The notes under the pieces were generated by a model. The model had not been told where the DNA came from, did not search any database, and saw nothing but the letters and a program-made list of their open reading frames with translations. The translations under genes and the position numbers were made by a program. A DNA stretch of 63,222 nucleotides, the filler included, from Octopus bimaculoides (taxonomy: Eukaryota): the NCBI RefSeq assembly GCF_001194135.2. It is 3 parts of 3 records of this genome, joined end to end, with 100 filler letters (N's around TTAATTAATTAA, not from the genome) between each part and the next. Parts side by side here need not be neighbours in the genome. Positions count along the whole stretch, not along the records: positions 1 to 28,426 come from NC_069007.1; 2 more parts are not named here. One strand, 5' to 3'. Of the stretch, positions 1 through 10,710 are shown piece by piece. Numbering within the stretch: the first letter of the stretch is position 1; every line of letters begins with the position of its first letter.

Positions 1-51
<51 letters not shown>

Positions 52-231
52 CATACATACATGTGTGTGTGTGTGTGTGTGTACATTTAATTTCGTTTAA
101 ACATATATACATATGCACGTGTTTTTGTATGTCTGTGTAAGATATGTGCATGTATAATATACATATATTCATATACAATACATCGTTTATTGTTATTCTT
201 ATTCCTATCATTGATTCAATTGTTGTTGTAT

Positions 232-375
232 AGCCGGTAGAGCGCTGCACAAAAATATTTCTTTCCAGTTATCCAGTTACAGTCGATTACCCTTATCGTT
301 GCGAGTTCAAACCCCGCTTTGACTGACTTAACTTTCATTCCAATCGTACCCCAGGTTCCATAAGTACCTGCTCCT
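232..375 (+). mobile_element. Divergent tRNA-derived SINE (Meta-type family) fragment
   Basis: B-box GAGTTCAAACC at ~302 followed by GACTGACTTAACTTTCATTCC...ATAAGTACC, a degenerate version of the family at 18398/36215/61525. Confidence 0.5.
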
Positions 376-688
376 CCCCATGGTCCCAGGAACCCATAAT
401 AGATCTGATTTAATGCTCTACTTCTGGTTGTAAGTATGGCCCGTGTAGTTTAAGATATCCACTTCGCAACTACAAGGGTTTCCACTTCAGTCGCTTTTCG
501 CGGCACTTTAGGAACGTGTCTTCTACTATAACTAGATGAACCAAAATCTTTGGAGTAAAATTTCGTCGATGGAATCCCTGGGGAAGCCCATATGAAAGAG
601 TACAGTATCTGTTTTATGGCTTGTTGTCTTTGAGTACCTTTGCTGGAGTCTACTCTGGGAAAGATTTCCGCCCGTCCCCTCTCCCCAT

Positions 689-870
689 CTACTAGAGGTA
701 CCCGAGGACGAAGTAGTGGTGTTAAACTGGGTGGACTTTACCAAAGGTACCCGAGGACCAGGTGGTTGTGTTAAACTGGGTGACATCAGAGTGGGCTCTA
801 CTAAAGATACCCGAGGGCCAAGTGATGATGTTAAATTGGGTGGGCAACAGAGTGAACTCTACTAAGATCA
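689..870. repeat. Minisatellite, 3+ units of ~49-61 bp
   Basis: Conserved blocks CTACTA-AG-TACCCGAGG and TGTTAAAYTGGGTG recur at ~689, ~738, ~797 and partly ~858. Confidence 0.8.
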
Positions 871-1145
871 CATTATCCAGCATGTCCTTCCATTGTTGTT
901 GTTCAGACAGAGACTTGGCTGCTATCTTTAGCGAATCGAACGACCACATAGAAGTCCATTCGTTGAATCTATACGTTGTTGTTGATCTGCTCCAGGTCAT
1001 CTCTTAGCGAGTAAGTCTATGATCAGACATTCCAACAGCGACTACCCCAACATTTTTACATGATTCCCCGAGTAGAATAACCTGAGCGTGTGCCGCCTAG
1101 CACAGACCTTCAGGTTGTCACTCCCCGCTCTCTGTACAGACTTAT

Positions 1146-1532
1146 TTTGTTGTAGGCACTCCGTCGCTTACGACGTCGAGGGTTCCAGTTGATCCGATCA
1201 ACGGAACAGCCTGCTCGTGAAATTAACGTGCAAGTGGCTGAGCACACCACAGACACGTGTACCCTTAACGTAGTTCTCGGGGATATTCAGCGTGACACAG
1301 TGTGACAAGGCTGACCCTTTGAATTACAGGCACAACAGAAACAAGAAGTAAGAGTGAAAGAAAGTTGTGGTGAAAGAGTACAACAGGGTTCGCCACCATC
1401 CCCTGCCGGAGCCTCGTGGAGCTTTAGCTGTTTTCGCTCAATAAACACTCACAACGCCCAGTCTGGGAATCGAAACCGCGATCTTATGACCGCGAGTCCG
1501 CTGCCCTAACCACTGGGTCATTGCGCCTCCAC
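1146..1532 (-). mobile_element. Full-length tRNA-derived SINE with 10-bp target site duplication
   Basis: Minus-strand head GTGGAGGCGCAATGACCCAGTGG (A box)...GGTTTCGATTCCC (B box); TSD ACAGACTTAT at 1136-1145 and 1533-1542; tail fragment of same family at ~20820-20920. Confidence 0.9.
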
Positions 1533-1906
1533 ACAGACTTATACGGCAGACCCGAAAGTGCCACCCAGAAATGACTACCTCCATATCCCCCACCCCAGTT
1601 ATGCTACTGCATTCAAAATGTCCCTTTTTTTTCGCTCTAAAGCTATAAGGTGTAGTTTTAAGGAAATTTGACTGCTATTTTTAGCAGACAGAATGCTCAC
1701 TTTGAAACTCCCACTAGTGCCGGTGTTAAATTGGATGTAATGCCCTGCTGCAGCTTGGCCTGGTCGTCCTGTCTCCAGTGTCTACTCTGTTGGAAAGTGG
1801 TTGTAGTCAAAACGGAGATAGCCCAGGATCAAACACAACTACTGCTGTGGCCCTTCCCGGTGGGGCATCAGGTTAATGATGCTAGCTTCTGTTTGTGTGT
1901 GTTAGA

Positions 1907-2115
1907 AATAGCAGCTAAATCTCCCTCCAACTTCTCCCATCCTGTCTTTATTGTCTTTAAATCCCAGGTCAGACATATTTGAGGTGGCTTGTAACCAAAG
2001 ATATTCCAGCCATGACCATCACGTCTATTTAGCAGTATGTAGGAGTATGTTGGTTAATGTATCTTTTATTTAAGACTGAAATGTAGTATGAGGGAAATTT
2101 AGCTATTAATTCTAC
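1907..2115. mobile_element. MITE-like repeat with ~25-bp terminal inverted repeat
   Basis: TAGAAATAGCAGCTAAATCTCCCTC (1907) vs GAGGGAAATTTAGCTATTAATTCTA (~2090); same terminal motif recurs at ~6560, 18620, 19045, 19570, 23860, 25240. Confidence 0.55.
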
Positions 2116-2257
2116 CAGGTCAGGTGTTGGAAAATAACAAAAATAAAAATGAAATTTAAAAAAAAAATGATTGAGTTCAGAATTACATTTGATGCTGTGG
2201 TTAGAGAGGTCTCAACAGGCTAGGGTCAGCTTTGCTTTACACACACACACACACATA

Positions 2258-2632
2258 TTCTTTTATTGGTTTCAGTTGTTTGACTGCAGCCATGCTGGAG
2301 CACCGCCTTTAGTCAAACAAATCAACCCCAGGACTTATTCTTTGTAAGCCTAGTACTTTTTCTATCGTTCCCTTTTGCCGAACCGCTAAGTTACGGGGCA
2401 TAGACACACCAACAGCGGTTGTCAAGCGATGTTGGGGGGACAAACACAGACACACAAACATATATATATATATATATACGATAGGCTTCTTTTCAGTTTC
2501 CATCTACCAGATCTACTCAAAAGCCTTCGGTCGGCCCGAGGCTATAGTGACACTTACCCAAGGTGCCACACAGTGGGACTGAACCTGGGACCATGTGATT
2601 GAGAAGCAAGCTTCTTACCACACAGCCACACA
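2258..2632 (-). mobile_element. tRNA-head, CORE-like SINE with internal (TA/CA) microsatellite (dominant family)
   Basis: Head GGTTCAGTCCCACTGTGTGGCACCTTGGGTAAGTGTC on minus strand; tail block GGCGGTGCTCCAGCATGGCTGCAGTCAAAC; >15 copies in window. Confidence 0.9.
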
Positions 2633-2659
2633 CACACACACATACATATGTATACCTTT

Positions 2660-3064
2660 TAACTTTTACTTGTTTCAGTCATTGGACTGTGCCCATGCTG
2701 GAGTACTGCCTTGATGGGTTTAGTCAAACAAATCAACCCCAGTATTTTTTTTTTTTTAATGCAGTACTTCGTTTGTCAGTCTCTTTTGTGGACTGCTAGG
2801 TTAAAGGGACTTGAACAAACCAACACTAGTTGCCAAGCAGTGGGTGGGACAAACACACGCACACACACACACACACACACACATACACACACACACACAC
2901 ACACACATATATGACAGGCTTCCACACAGTTTCCATATATCAAATTCACTCATAAGGTGTTAATTGGCCTGGAACTCTGGTAGAAGACACTTGCTCAAAG
3001 TTCTATGCAGTGGGATTGAACCCAGAACTACATAGTTACAAGGTGAGTTCTTAAACACATAGCC
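2660..3064 (-). mobile_element. Older copy of dominant CORE-like SINE
   Basis: Same tail, body and head blocks, more diverged. Confidence 0.8.
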
Positions 3065-3675
3065 TTGCCTGAACACATCAAACAGCAAATAGTTTTTTCT
3101 ACTCTTTACAATTTTCAAAAACTGTTGTCCAGTATCAATGAAAACAAAGAAAAAAGTTTAAACATTCTTATTAACAATCTGTNNNNNNNNNNNNNNNNNN
3201 NNNNNNNNNNNNNNNNNNNNNNNNNNNNNNNNNNNNNNNNNNNNNNNNNNNNNNNNNNNNNNNNNNNNNNNNNNNNNNNNNNNNNNNNNNNNNNNNNNNN
3301 NNNNNNNNNNNNNNNNNNNNNNNNNNNNNNNNNNNNNNNNNNNNNNNNNNNNNNNNNNNNNNNNNNNNNNNNNNNNNNNNNNNNNNNNNNNNNNNNNNNN
3401 NNNNNNNNNNNNNNNNNNNNNNNNNNNNNNNNNNNNNNNNNNNNNNNNNNNNNNNNNNNNNNNNNNNNNNNNNNNNNNNNNNNNNNNNNNNNNNNNNNNN
3501 NNNNNNNNNNNNNNNNNNNNNNNNNNNNNNNNNNNNNNNNNNNNNNNNNNNNNNNNNNNNNNNNNNNNNNNNNNNNNNNNNNNNNNNNNNNNNNNNNNNN
3601 NNNNNNNNNNNNNNNNNNNNNNNNNNNNNNNNNNNNNNNNNNNATATATATATATATATATATACACACACATAC

Positions 3676-3724
<49 letters not shown>

Positions 3725-3726
<2 letters not shown>

Positions 3727-3905
3727 TATATATACGTATATACGGTGGGCTTCTTTCAGTTTCCGTCTACCAAATCCACTCACAAGGCTTTGGTCGGCTC
3801 AAGGCTATAGTAGAAGACACTTGCCCAAGGTGCCACGCAGTGGGACCGAACCCGAGACTATGTGGTTGGTAAGCAAGCTACTTACCACACAGCCACTCCT
3901 GCGCC
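3725..3905 (-). mobile_element. Dominant SINE, head half (rest in gap)
   Basis: TCTACCAAATCCACTCACAAGGCTTTGGTCGG...GTGCCACGCAGTGGGACCGAACC. Confidence 0.9.
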
Positions 3906-5040
3906 TTAAGTTTTAACATCGTCTCCTTCGAAATAGTCACCTTGCACAGCAAAGCTGTGCTGAAAATTGAGATTGAGCGAGCTTTTGCCCTTTTGCTTGA
4001 CGTGTGGTTTCCGTCCACGCTGAGCCTGCTTTGGGCCACCTGCGTTACCGTTTGACAGACGTACCGCCCCAGTCAAACTCCAGCATTCCTGCCACTTTTG
4101 GAATCCAGCCTGGAAGTCATTTTTCATAAGCAAGTCAAAGACCTTCTGTGATTCACTCTGGGTCTCGACAACAGTGTTAAAACGGTGACCTTCAAGCTGC
4201 ATTTTCATCTTGGGGGAAGAGATAGAAGCCTACAGGTGTTTAAATCTAGTGAATAGGGTGGGTGCAGAATTGATACCATGTTGTTTTTGGCAAGAAGCTC
4301 TGAGTGCGGAGAGCTCAGTGACAGGATGCATTGTCGTTGTGAAGACTTCAATTTTTTGTGCTCCGCAGATTCAGTCACTTTCACTGAATGTCCTCCTTTA
4401 ATAGCAGAGACTCCAGCTAAGAAGATTTGAAGAAGGAATTGTAATTCCGAAATATCATCGGACTATAGATAACCAAATTACAACAGGTATATAGTCCATT
4501 TTTTGTTCTATAGTGCATTGTTATACCATTCTAAACTTTTTATTCTTTACAAACAATACACAATGCTTCAAGCGAACTACAATACTCTCTTATCTCCTTC
4601 AAACGTTTTAAAACATCACAGTCAAACTCTCAACTGATGGTCTGTCCTGAGGGATGAATTCTTGATGCACAATACCCCATTTCCTGGGGTGACACTCATT
4701 GCAGGTCTTCCAAATCACAGGGATGTTATTCTGCTTTTGAAGCACCTGTGCTACTTGAAACATTGTGTATGACCCATTGCCTCATGGCTGTAAGCTTGCT
4801 GAAGCATGCTCAATGTCTTTGTAGCAGACTTCCCAAGTTTAATCCAAAATTTTACATTGGCTCTTTGTTCTTGTCCATGACAAAATCACGGTCTACAACA
4901 TACACATGATCACGAAAACACAAATTTCCCAACTTGCAAAGTAAACACAGCGATGTCACCTGGCATACAGCCTCGTGAAGGTCACTGCTAGCTCTCACTG
5001 TACACGCAACCATCTGCTGCCATCTGTTGGAGCACTACAG
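3906..5040 (-). mobile_element. Decayed, internally deleted mariner (DD34D-type) transposon
   Basis: Minus-strand translations: N-term EQRANVKFWIKLGKSATKTLSMLQQAY (~4870-4780), GIVHQEFIPQ (~4670), LHNDNASCH, HPPYSLDLTPVGFYLFPKMK (~4270-4200), C-term FQKWQECW..AVQGDYFEGD; stops and frameshifts present. Confidence 0.9.
3960..4081 (-). rRNA. 28S: 28S (LSU) rRNA pseudogene fragment, domain V including the P-loop (H80)
   Basis: Minus strand GGAGTTTGACTGGGGCGGTACGTCTGTCAAACGGTAACGCAGGTG...CAAAAGGGCAAAAGCTCGCTCAATCTCAATTTTCAG matches the conserved eukaryotic LSU segment GGAGTTTGACTGGGGCGGTACA-CTGTCAAAC...AAGGGCAAAAGCTCGCTTGATCTTGATTTTCAG. Confidence 0.95.
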
Positions 5041-5766
5041 AACAAACGTCTCCCAGCAATGGTGATAGAATCAATGGCTCAAGATTTCTGCTTGTTAGCC
5101 ACATCAGCAGCAAATATTCACGTTACTTCGTGTCAAGGAAACATCAGCTGCTGAGATACTTTCTTCTTAAGGTTCTTATTAGTTTGGTTACCTCACTGAA
5201 AACTGGGTTGTGTGGATTCACTTGTACCACATTTGTTGTTTCGTTTACTAGAGAGGATGTTTATAATGTTTATGAGGTCTTCCTCGGAGATTCATGAAGT
5301 CCATACACTTCCTGTCCACTTCAGAAATCCCTGAAGGAATGTCTGCAAGTAAAGCATCTGCATTGGGATATGGTGTTGGTATGTAAGCATATAATGATGC
5401 AGGGTATAGTTGAGTGGTGTAGTGTATCTTGGAGTACAAAGATGTGACATCAGGTATACTTGGGGTATAATAATCTATAAAATAACATAGGATGCTGGGG
5501 CATGACATGGATTCTATAGGGGTACGATGATGTTGGGCAGTGATTCTTAACCTATTTTTTGTTTTTGTAGCACCCCTTTTTTAAGTATTTGTTATACCTA
5601 GCACCCACCTAAGTGGTGAGTGAAGCATCGTGACTAAACCAACTTAAAATGGATGATAGTTTATAGATTTTACTCAAAAAATGGATTATAGAAATACTGG
5701 TTAAAGAAGTAATGGTTATATTGTGAGCTGGAGTAAATTCCTGCTATATCTCTAGCAGTCAGTTGT

Positions 5767-5815
5767 TCACCACTGAAGATGGGAACAAATAACCCGAAAC
5801 CTTTCGGTTTAGTGA
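5767..5815 (+). ncRNA. Minimal type I hammerhead ribozyme motif
   Basis: TCACCA-CTGAAGA-T-GGG/aacaaataa/CCC-GAAAC-CTTTCG-GTT^TAGTGA; helix I 5/6 bp, helix II 3 bp, helix III 3 bp. Confidence 0.8.
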
Positions 5816-6123
5816 TCTCATCATCTGCTAGACAATAGTAAGGGTTTGCTCCCCTGCTTGCAATATATACATGGTGCAGACTGCACTGATAACCAGCTGG
5901 CTTGGGATTAAACCTCTGGTTGGGGTTAAACAGTAGTAACATCAAACAGCCATATTGATGTGGTGACAAACATTACTCCTCAGTATAGCTACTACTTTCA
6001 TCTCTTATTGAGATTTTTCTAACTAGTTACTTTGCCTGTTGTAAGACCAGTGACCGATGGTCACTTATTTTTCTACATATAGCAAGCTGAAGCTAATCCC
6101 TACTATTTCTAACAGTTGAGTGT

Positions 6124-6172
6124 TTATGACTGAAGATGGGCACAAACAATCAGAAACCATTTGGTCTCGTGA
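6124..6172 (+). ncRNA. Minimal type I hammerhead motif (helix II decayed)
   Basis: TTATGA-CTGAAGA-T-GGG/cacaaacaa/TCA-GAAAC-CATTTG-GTC^TCGTGA; helix I 6 bp with wobbles and different sequence from copy 1. Confidence 0.7.
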
Positions 6173-7041
6173 TCCCATCATTTGCTGGAAGACAGTAGGG
6201 GTTTGCTCCCTTGCTTGCAATATCTACAGGGTGCAGGTTGCACCAGTAACTAGCTGGCAGAGGCTCAGCCTGGGGTTAAACAATAGTAACATCAAATGAC
6301 CATATTGACATAGTGACAAACATTACTCCTCAGTATAGTTACTACTTTTGTCTTTTATAGAGATTCTTCTAACTAGTTACTTCGCTTGTTGGATTATAAA
6401 AGCTTTTAACAGTGAAATAATTAAAAAATTAATAGACAGAAGTTGTAAAATTTATTTTATAGATTACAAGTTAATGACTTCTCTGTACCTGATGAGATCT
6501 AGCTAAATTTTCTATGCAGGTTGAGCAACTATGGAGGTCCTACACAGTTGCTTGATCTGCAAGAAATAGCAGCACACTTCTCTCTTGTTTTATTTTAATC
6601 ACTATTACTAGTTATATCATGCATAATATAATTACTACTAGAGGTAAAATTTAGTATGTTAATTATGCTACCTCACCCCCACCCCTCAGCGCCCTTAAAG
6701 CCTAATGCCCCCTTCAACATGCACAGCAACCTCCTTGGGGGCAGTATCACCCATGATGAAAACCTCTGATGCAGGGTATAGTAAAGTGGGGTGGGTTATA
6801 TAGGGGTTATTTATGTAGGAAGTAACAGAGTTATAACAGGAAATTATATTGAAGATGTGTAAGTGTGTATCAACAACAGTATTGTCCCAAATGTCTGTGT
6901 AACGGCAGCACTGTCCCAGATATTTTTGTGTACCAGCAGTACATCTAGGACACTGTTTTTACACTGTCCCATTTGTTTGTGGTTATAATGTAGTGCTGAA
7001 AGCTCAGGCAAATAGCAGCTGCAGGTGAAAGTCTCCCAGCA

Positions 7042-7084
7042 TTGGTAGGCCTAGGTTTCTGCTTGTTAGCTTCATCAGCAGCAA
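7042..7084 (-). ncRNA. Hammerhead-like motif in 313-bp tandem unit
   Basis: TTGCTG-CTGATGA-AGCT/aaca/AGCA-GAAAC-CTAG-GCC-TACCAA (U16.1 to C; 10.1-11.1 A-A mismatch). Confidence 0.55.
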
Positions 7085-7355
7085 AAGTAACAGAGTTATA
7101 TAACATGGGATTACATTGGAGATATGTAAGTGTGTATTGACAACAGCATTGTCCCTGATGTCTTTCTGTAACAACAGCACTGTCCCGAATGCATTTGTAA
7201 CAACAACATTGTTCCTGATTTGTTTGTATAACAGCAGTACATCTGGGTCACTATGGCTGTTTACACACACAGACATTCACTCTCCCTGATGTCTGTGGTT
7301 AATATACTGTTAAAAGCACATAAAAATAGCAGCTGCAGGTGAAGGTCTCCCAGTG

Positions 7356-7397
7356 TTGGTAGACCTAAATTTCTGCTGTTAGCTTCATCAGCAGCAA
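7356..7397 (-). ncRNA. Hammerhead-like motif in 313-bp tandem unit
   Basis: TTGCTG-CTGATGA-AGCT/aac/AGCA-GAAAT-TTAG-GTC^TACCAA. Confidence 0.55.
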
Positions 7398-8112
7398 AAG
7401 TAACAGAGTTATAACATGAGAGAGATTACATTGGAAATATGTGTGTATCAACAGCAGCATTGTCTCTTGTGTCTTTGTGTTGCAGCAGCACTCTCCCAGA
7501 TTTGTTTGCGTAACAACAGCACATCGGGGACAGTTCTGCTCTTTATACACACACACAGACATTCACAGACTCAGATGTCTGTGGTTATAAAATTAGTGGC
7601 CCCTTCCTAGCTTTAGGAGTGGCACTCCATTATGGGCCCCACCTGAACTTTATAAAAGATTGTTAGTTGGGTGCGTTGGGGAGCTGAAGTATTTCTTGGC
7701 CCAGAAAGGAAAGACCAGTGTCTTTGATGTAGTTTTTACAATATCAAAGATGACTGCTGACCAAAAGAGAAATCCTCAATGATGACAAGGCCAGGCATTT
7801 AAAGTAATCAAGAGGTCTCAAGGTTAAATGCTGTTCATGTTTAAGGGTCCAATGTGCAATAATGTTTTCTTCATAGGAGTTGTACTGGATTTATAAAAGT
7901 TTGGTAGTGTCATAGCTAGAACATTGATGATCACATGTCTGTTTGAATAATAAATGGCCAAGGGTTAAACAGTGACAAAAACCACTCATCAAAGACAAAT
8001 GCACACTACATATATATTCACAAAAACATACATGCACTTTGGTGTGTGTACGTTTATATATATGCACGTATGTATGTCTGTCTGTATGTATGTATGTAGG
8101 TATGCTTTTATT

Positions 8113-8387
8113 CTTTTATTTGTTTCTGTCATTTGACCGCAGCCATGCTGGAGCACCGCCTTTAGTCGAACAAATCGACTCCAGGTCTTATTCTTTGTAA
8201 GCCTAGTACTTATTCTATCAGGCTCTTTTGCTGCACCGCTAGGTTATGTGCAAGCTTGCACTAAGAATAAGGACAAAGTAAAAATTACTACCTGCCTTTG
8301 TAACAAGTTGATGCAGGTAGTTTATCCTGTCCCCCCTCCAGCTTTAAGTTCAGGCAATTAAAAAAACCGCATTAATTATGGGCTGAC

Positions 8388-8440
<53 letters not shown>

Positions 8441-8645
8441 TTGTCTCCCACCACCACTTGGCAACTAGTGTTGGTGTGTTTACATCCTTGTAACTTAGCG
8501 GTTCAGCAAAAGAGACCAATAGAATAAATTCCAGGCTTTAAAAGGAAAAAAAGTACTGGTGTTGATTCATTCAACTAAAAATTCTTTGAGGTGTGCCCCA
8601 GCATGGCTGCAGTCTAATGACTGAAACAAGTAAAAGATAAAAAGA
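8113..8645. mobile_element. Two tail halves of dominant SINE in inverted orientation (8113-8250 minus; 8430-8645 plus)
   Basis: CATGCTGGAGCACCGCC...AAGCCTAGTACTTATTCTATC and its reverse complement. Confidence 0.8.
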
Positions 8646-9934
8646 TTTGTGTGTGTGTGTGTGAATCAAATTGTTGTCTTCAACTGTAAATGTATGTATG
8701 TAGGTACATGTGCGTGTGAATGTCTTTGTGTTAGTGAAAAGTTAAAGCACAATAGTATGCCTGTTATAAGTACAACCATCTGACCAAACTATAAAAACAC
8801 ACACACACACACACACACACTGACAACAAGATTCCTCCACGCAACTTTTATCTATCAAATATTCCATTCACAAAGCTTTGGTCAAACATCCAGTAGAACT
8901 CCACCGAAAAAGGGTGCTGCACTTGCAGCTGCTGCTGCTGCTATTAGCTGCCATATAGTTGAATCTGACACAGAACCACATGGTTGGGGGTCAGACTGCT
9001 TAACCACATGTAGCTGCACCTGCAAACCTCAAATTACATTACCCAACTATGAAGAACTGAATGCTGTGTGTATGCATATGTTTAGCATCTATATGTGTAT
9101 ACATGTGTGTGAGTGTGGTTAACCAAAAGAATTATTACAATTTTGTTTTTTCAAAGTAAAACCATCGCATCATAACTCACACCCACATCATAACACACCC
9201 ATAATCTAAAATAACACTTTAAAATAAAATGAAAGGAAAAATAAACAAGTCAGATGAAAATACTTAATGAAGACAAAAACTTCAAAACAGGCTGCTTATA
9301 ATTATAGTAACTTCATTCAGGTCACCCCCTCACCATTCTTTTCCTTCCTCCTTTCTCCTCCTATATGTTAAACATTTTGTGGAACATTCTAGAATACAAA
9401 CAGCATTGTAGAGTTTTTCTGTTTCAATATATTCATTTTCTTTCTCTGCTTATGTTCTCTAATTTTAGAACTTTTGTTGTCTGTGTAATGGCTGGTAGAG
9501 AGGTTATTATTATTATTATTATTATTACTTGTTTTCTTTGTATGTAACAACTGTTAATCACTCAATTATTTGAGTTTAGTTTTTCACTTCTATCAAGACA
9601 CTAAATATGTCAGCACTTAACCACAGTTTTGGAGTTTGGATTTTGTTTTGCTTTTTTAATATTTTCTTTTACTAATGGCTGATATCTTTGATCTATTTAA
9701 AATGAGACTTGGACAACCTTTTGGGGGGAAACAAGTCACATGGGACATAGCACATAGTCAGGTGGGCTGCTCTACTTAAAAAATTCAGGGTAATTTGTCA
9801 TTGGGTGTGCCATTCAGAAAGTCTTGTGCATCAGTTTTCCCATGGTAAGTTTAATCTCTGTTTATTGTATAAGCATCCTTTGGCAAAAGATGATGTGAGT
9901 TCAAATCCTGCTGAGATCCAACTTTTTATCTTTG

Positions 9935-10135
9935 TGTTTCAGTCATTGGAATTTGGCCATGCTGGGGCCATACCTTGAACAAATTGGCCTCAGTACTTAT
10001 TTCTTTTAAGGTTGATTCTTATTCTACCAGTCTCTTATACTGAACTGCTAAGTACAGGAACATATACAAACCAACACCAGCTGTCTTGCAGTGGTGGGTG
10101 ATGAACACAGACACACAGATGTGTGTGTCTGTGTA
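9935..10135 (-). mobile_element. Old copy of dominant SINE, tail/body
   Basis: GTTTCAGTCATTGGAATTTGGCCATGCTGGGGC...AAACCAACACCAGCTGTC. Confidence 0.65.
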
Positions 10136-10642
10136 AATATATATGCATCATCAGGTTGGATCAAATTGACTTGTAAATACCACCTTTAGTTGAATAAATA
10201 TACTGGGTCCTGAAGTACATCTGGTTAAATATTCAGGTTTGCATACAGAGAATTTAACCCTTACAAGTATTTAGTGCCTAGGGACTGGCCCAAAGCATAC
10301 GTTGTATTGGTCACACGGTGTTTGGTATGCTCCAGGATGTCCGACAGGTCAAGAATCCCTTTTGGTGTATTATAAGCTAATAAATAGATAACAAACCATG
10401 AATGAATGTCAATTCATTACAGCTGTTTCTAATGCATTTTTTAATAGATCAATGAGTACGTTACATCATAGCAAAAAACTGTTTTCATCAGATGATACAC
10501 AGAATTTCAAACAATAGAAGAACAATCCATGAACACAGTAGAAACACTGCTATGATGTAATGTAGTCATTTGTCTATTAAAAAATGTGTTAGAAACAGCT
10601 GTAATGAACTAACATTCATCCATCGTTTGTTATTTACTTGTT

Positions 10643-10710
<68 letters not shown>

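Larger units (their letters stand above)
5700..6392 (+). repeat. Tandem duplication, 357-bp period, one hammerhead per unit
   Basis: Long matching blocks (GGGTTTGCTCCC-TGCTTGCAATAT, GTGACAAACATTACTCCTCAGTATAG, TCTAACTAGTTACTT) offset by ~357 bp. Confidence 0.9.
5538..6768. mobile_element. hAT(Charlie)-like element shell
   Basis: Ends CAGTGATTCTTAACCT and (rc) CAGAGGTTTTCATCAT (10/16 match, both like CAGTGGTTCTCAAC); flanks ATGTTGGG and ATGCAGGG (6/8), consistent with an old 8-bp TSD. Confidence 0.5.
5045..7600 (-). mobile_element. Probable decayed Penelope-like element with tandem hammerhead-bearing terminal repeats, interrupted by 5538-6768
   Basis: ~313-bp units at ~6790-7600; same terminal block again at 5046-5113; peptide DVTSLYSKIH (~5450-5420) resembles PLE RT motif DVxSLYTNIP. 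Confidence 0.45.

Noticed and set aside
689-870. CRISPR-like repeat-spacer appearance
   Set aside because: Eukaryotic context, homologous spacers, three units, no cas genes
7004-7562. ORFs with 10-aa periodicity (TVLLL..IR)
   Set aside because: Explained by the 30-bp minisatellite inside the tandem units; frames not maintained between units
9789-9850. 56-nt candidate exon ending ATG|GTAAGT
   Set aside because: Weak acceptor, no recognisable peptide, no partner exons
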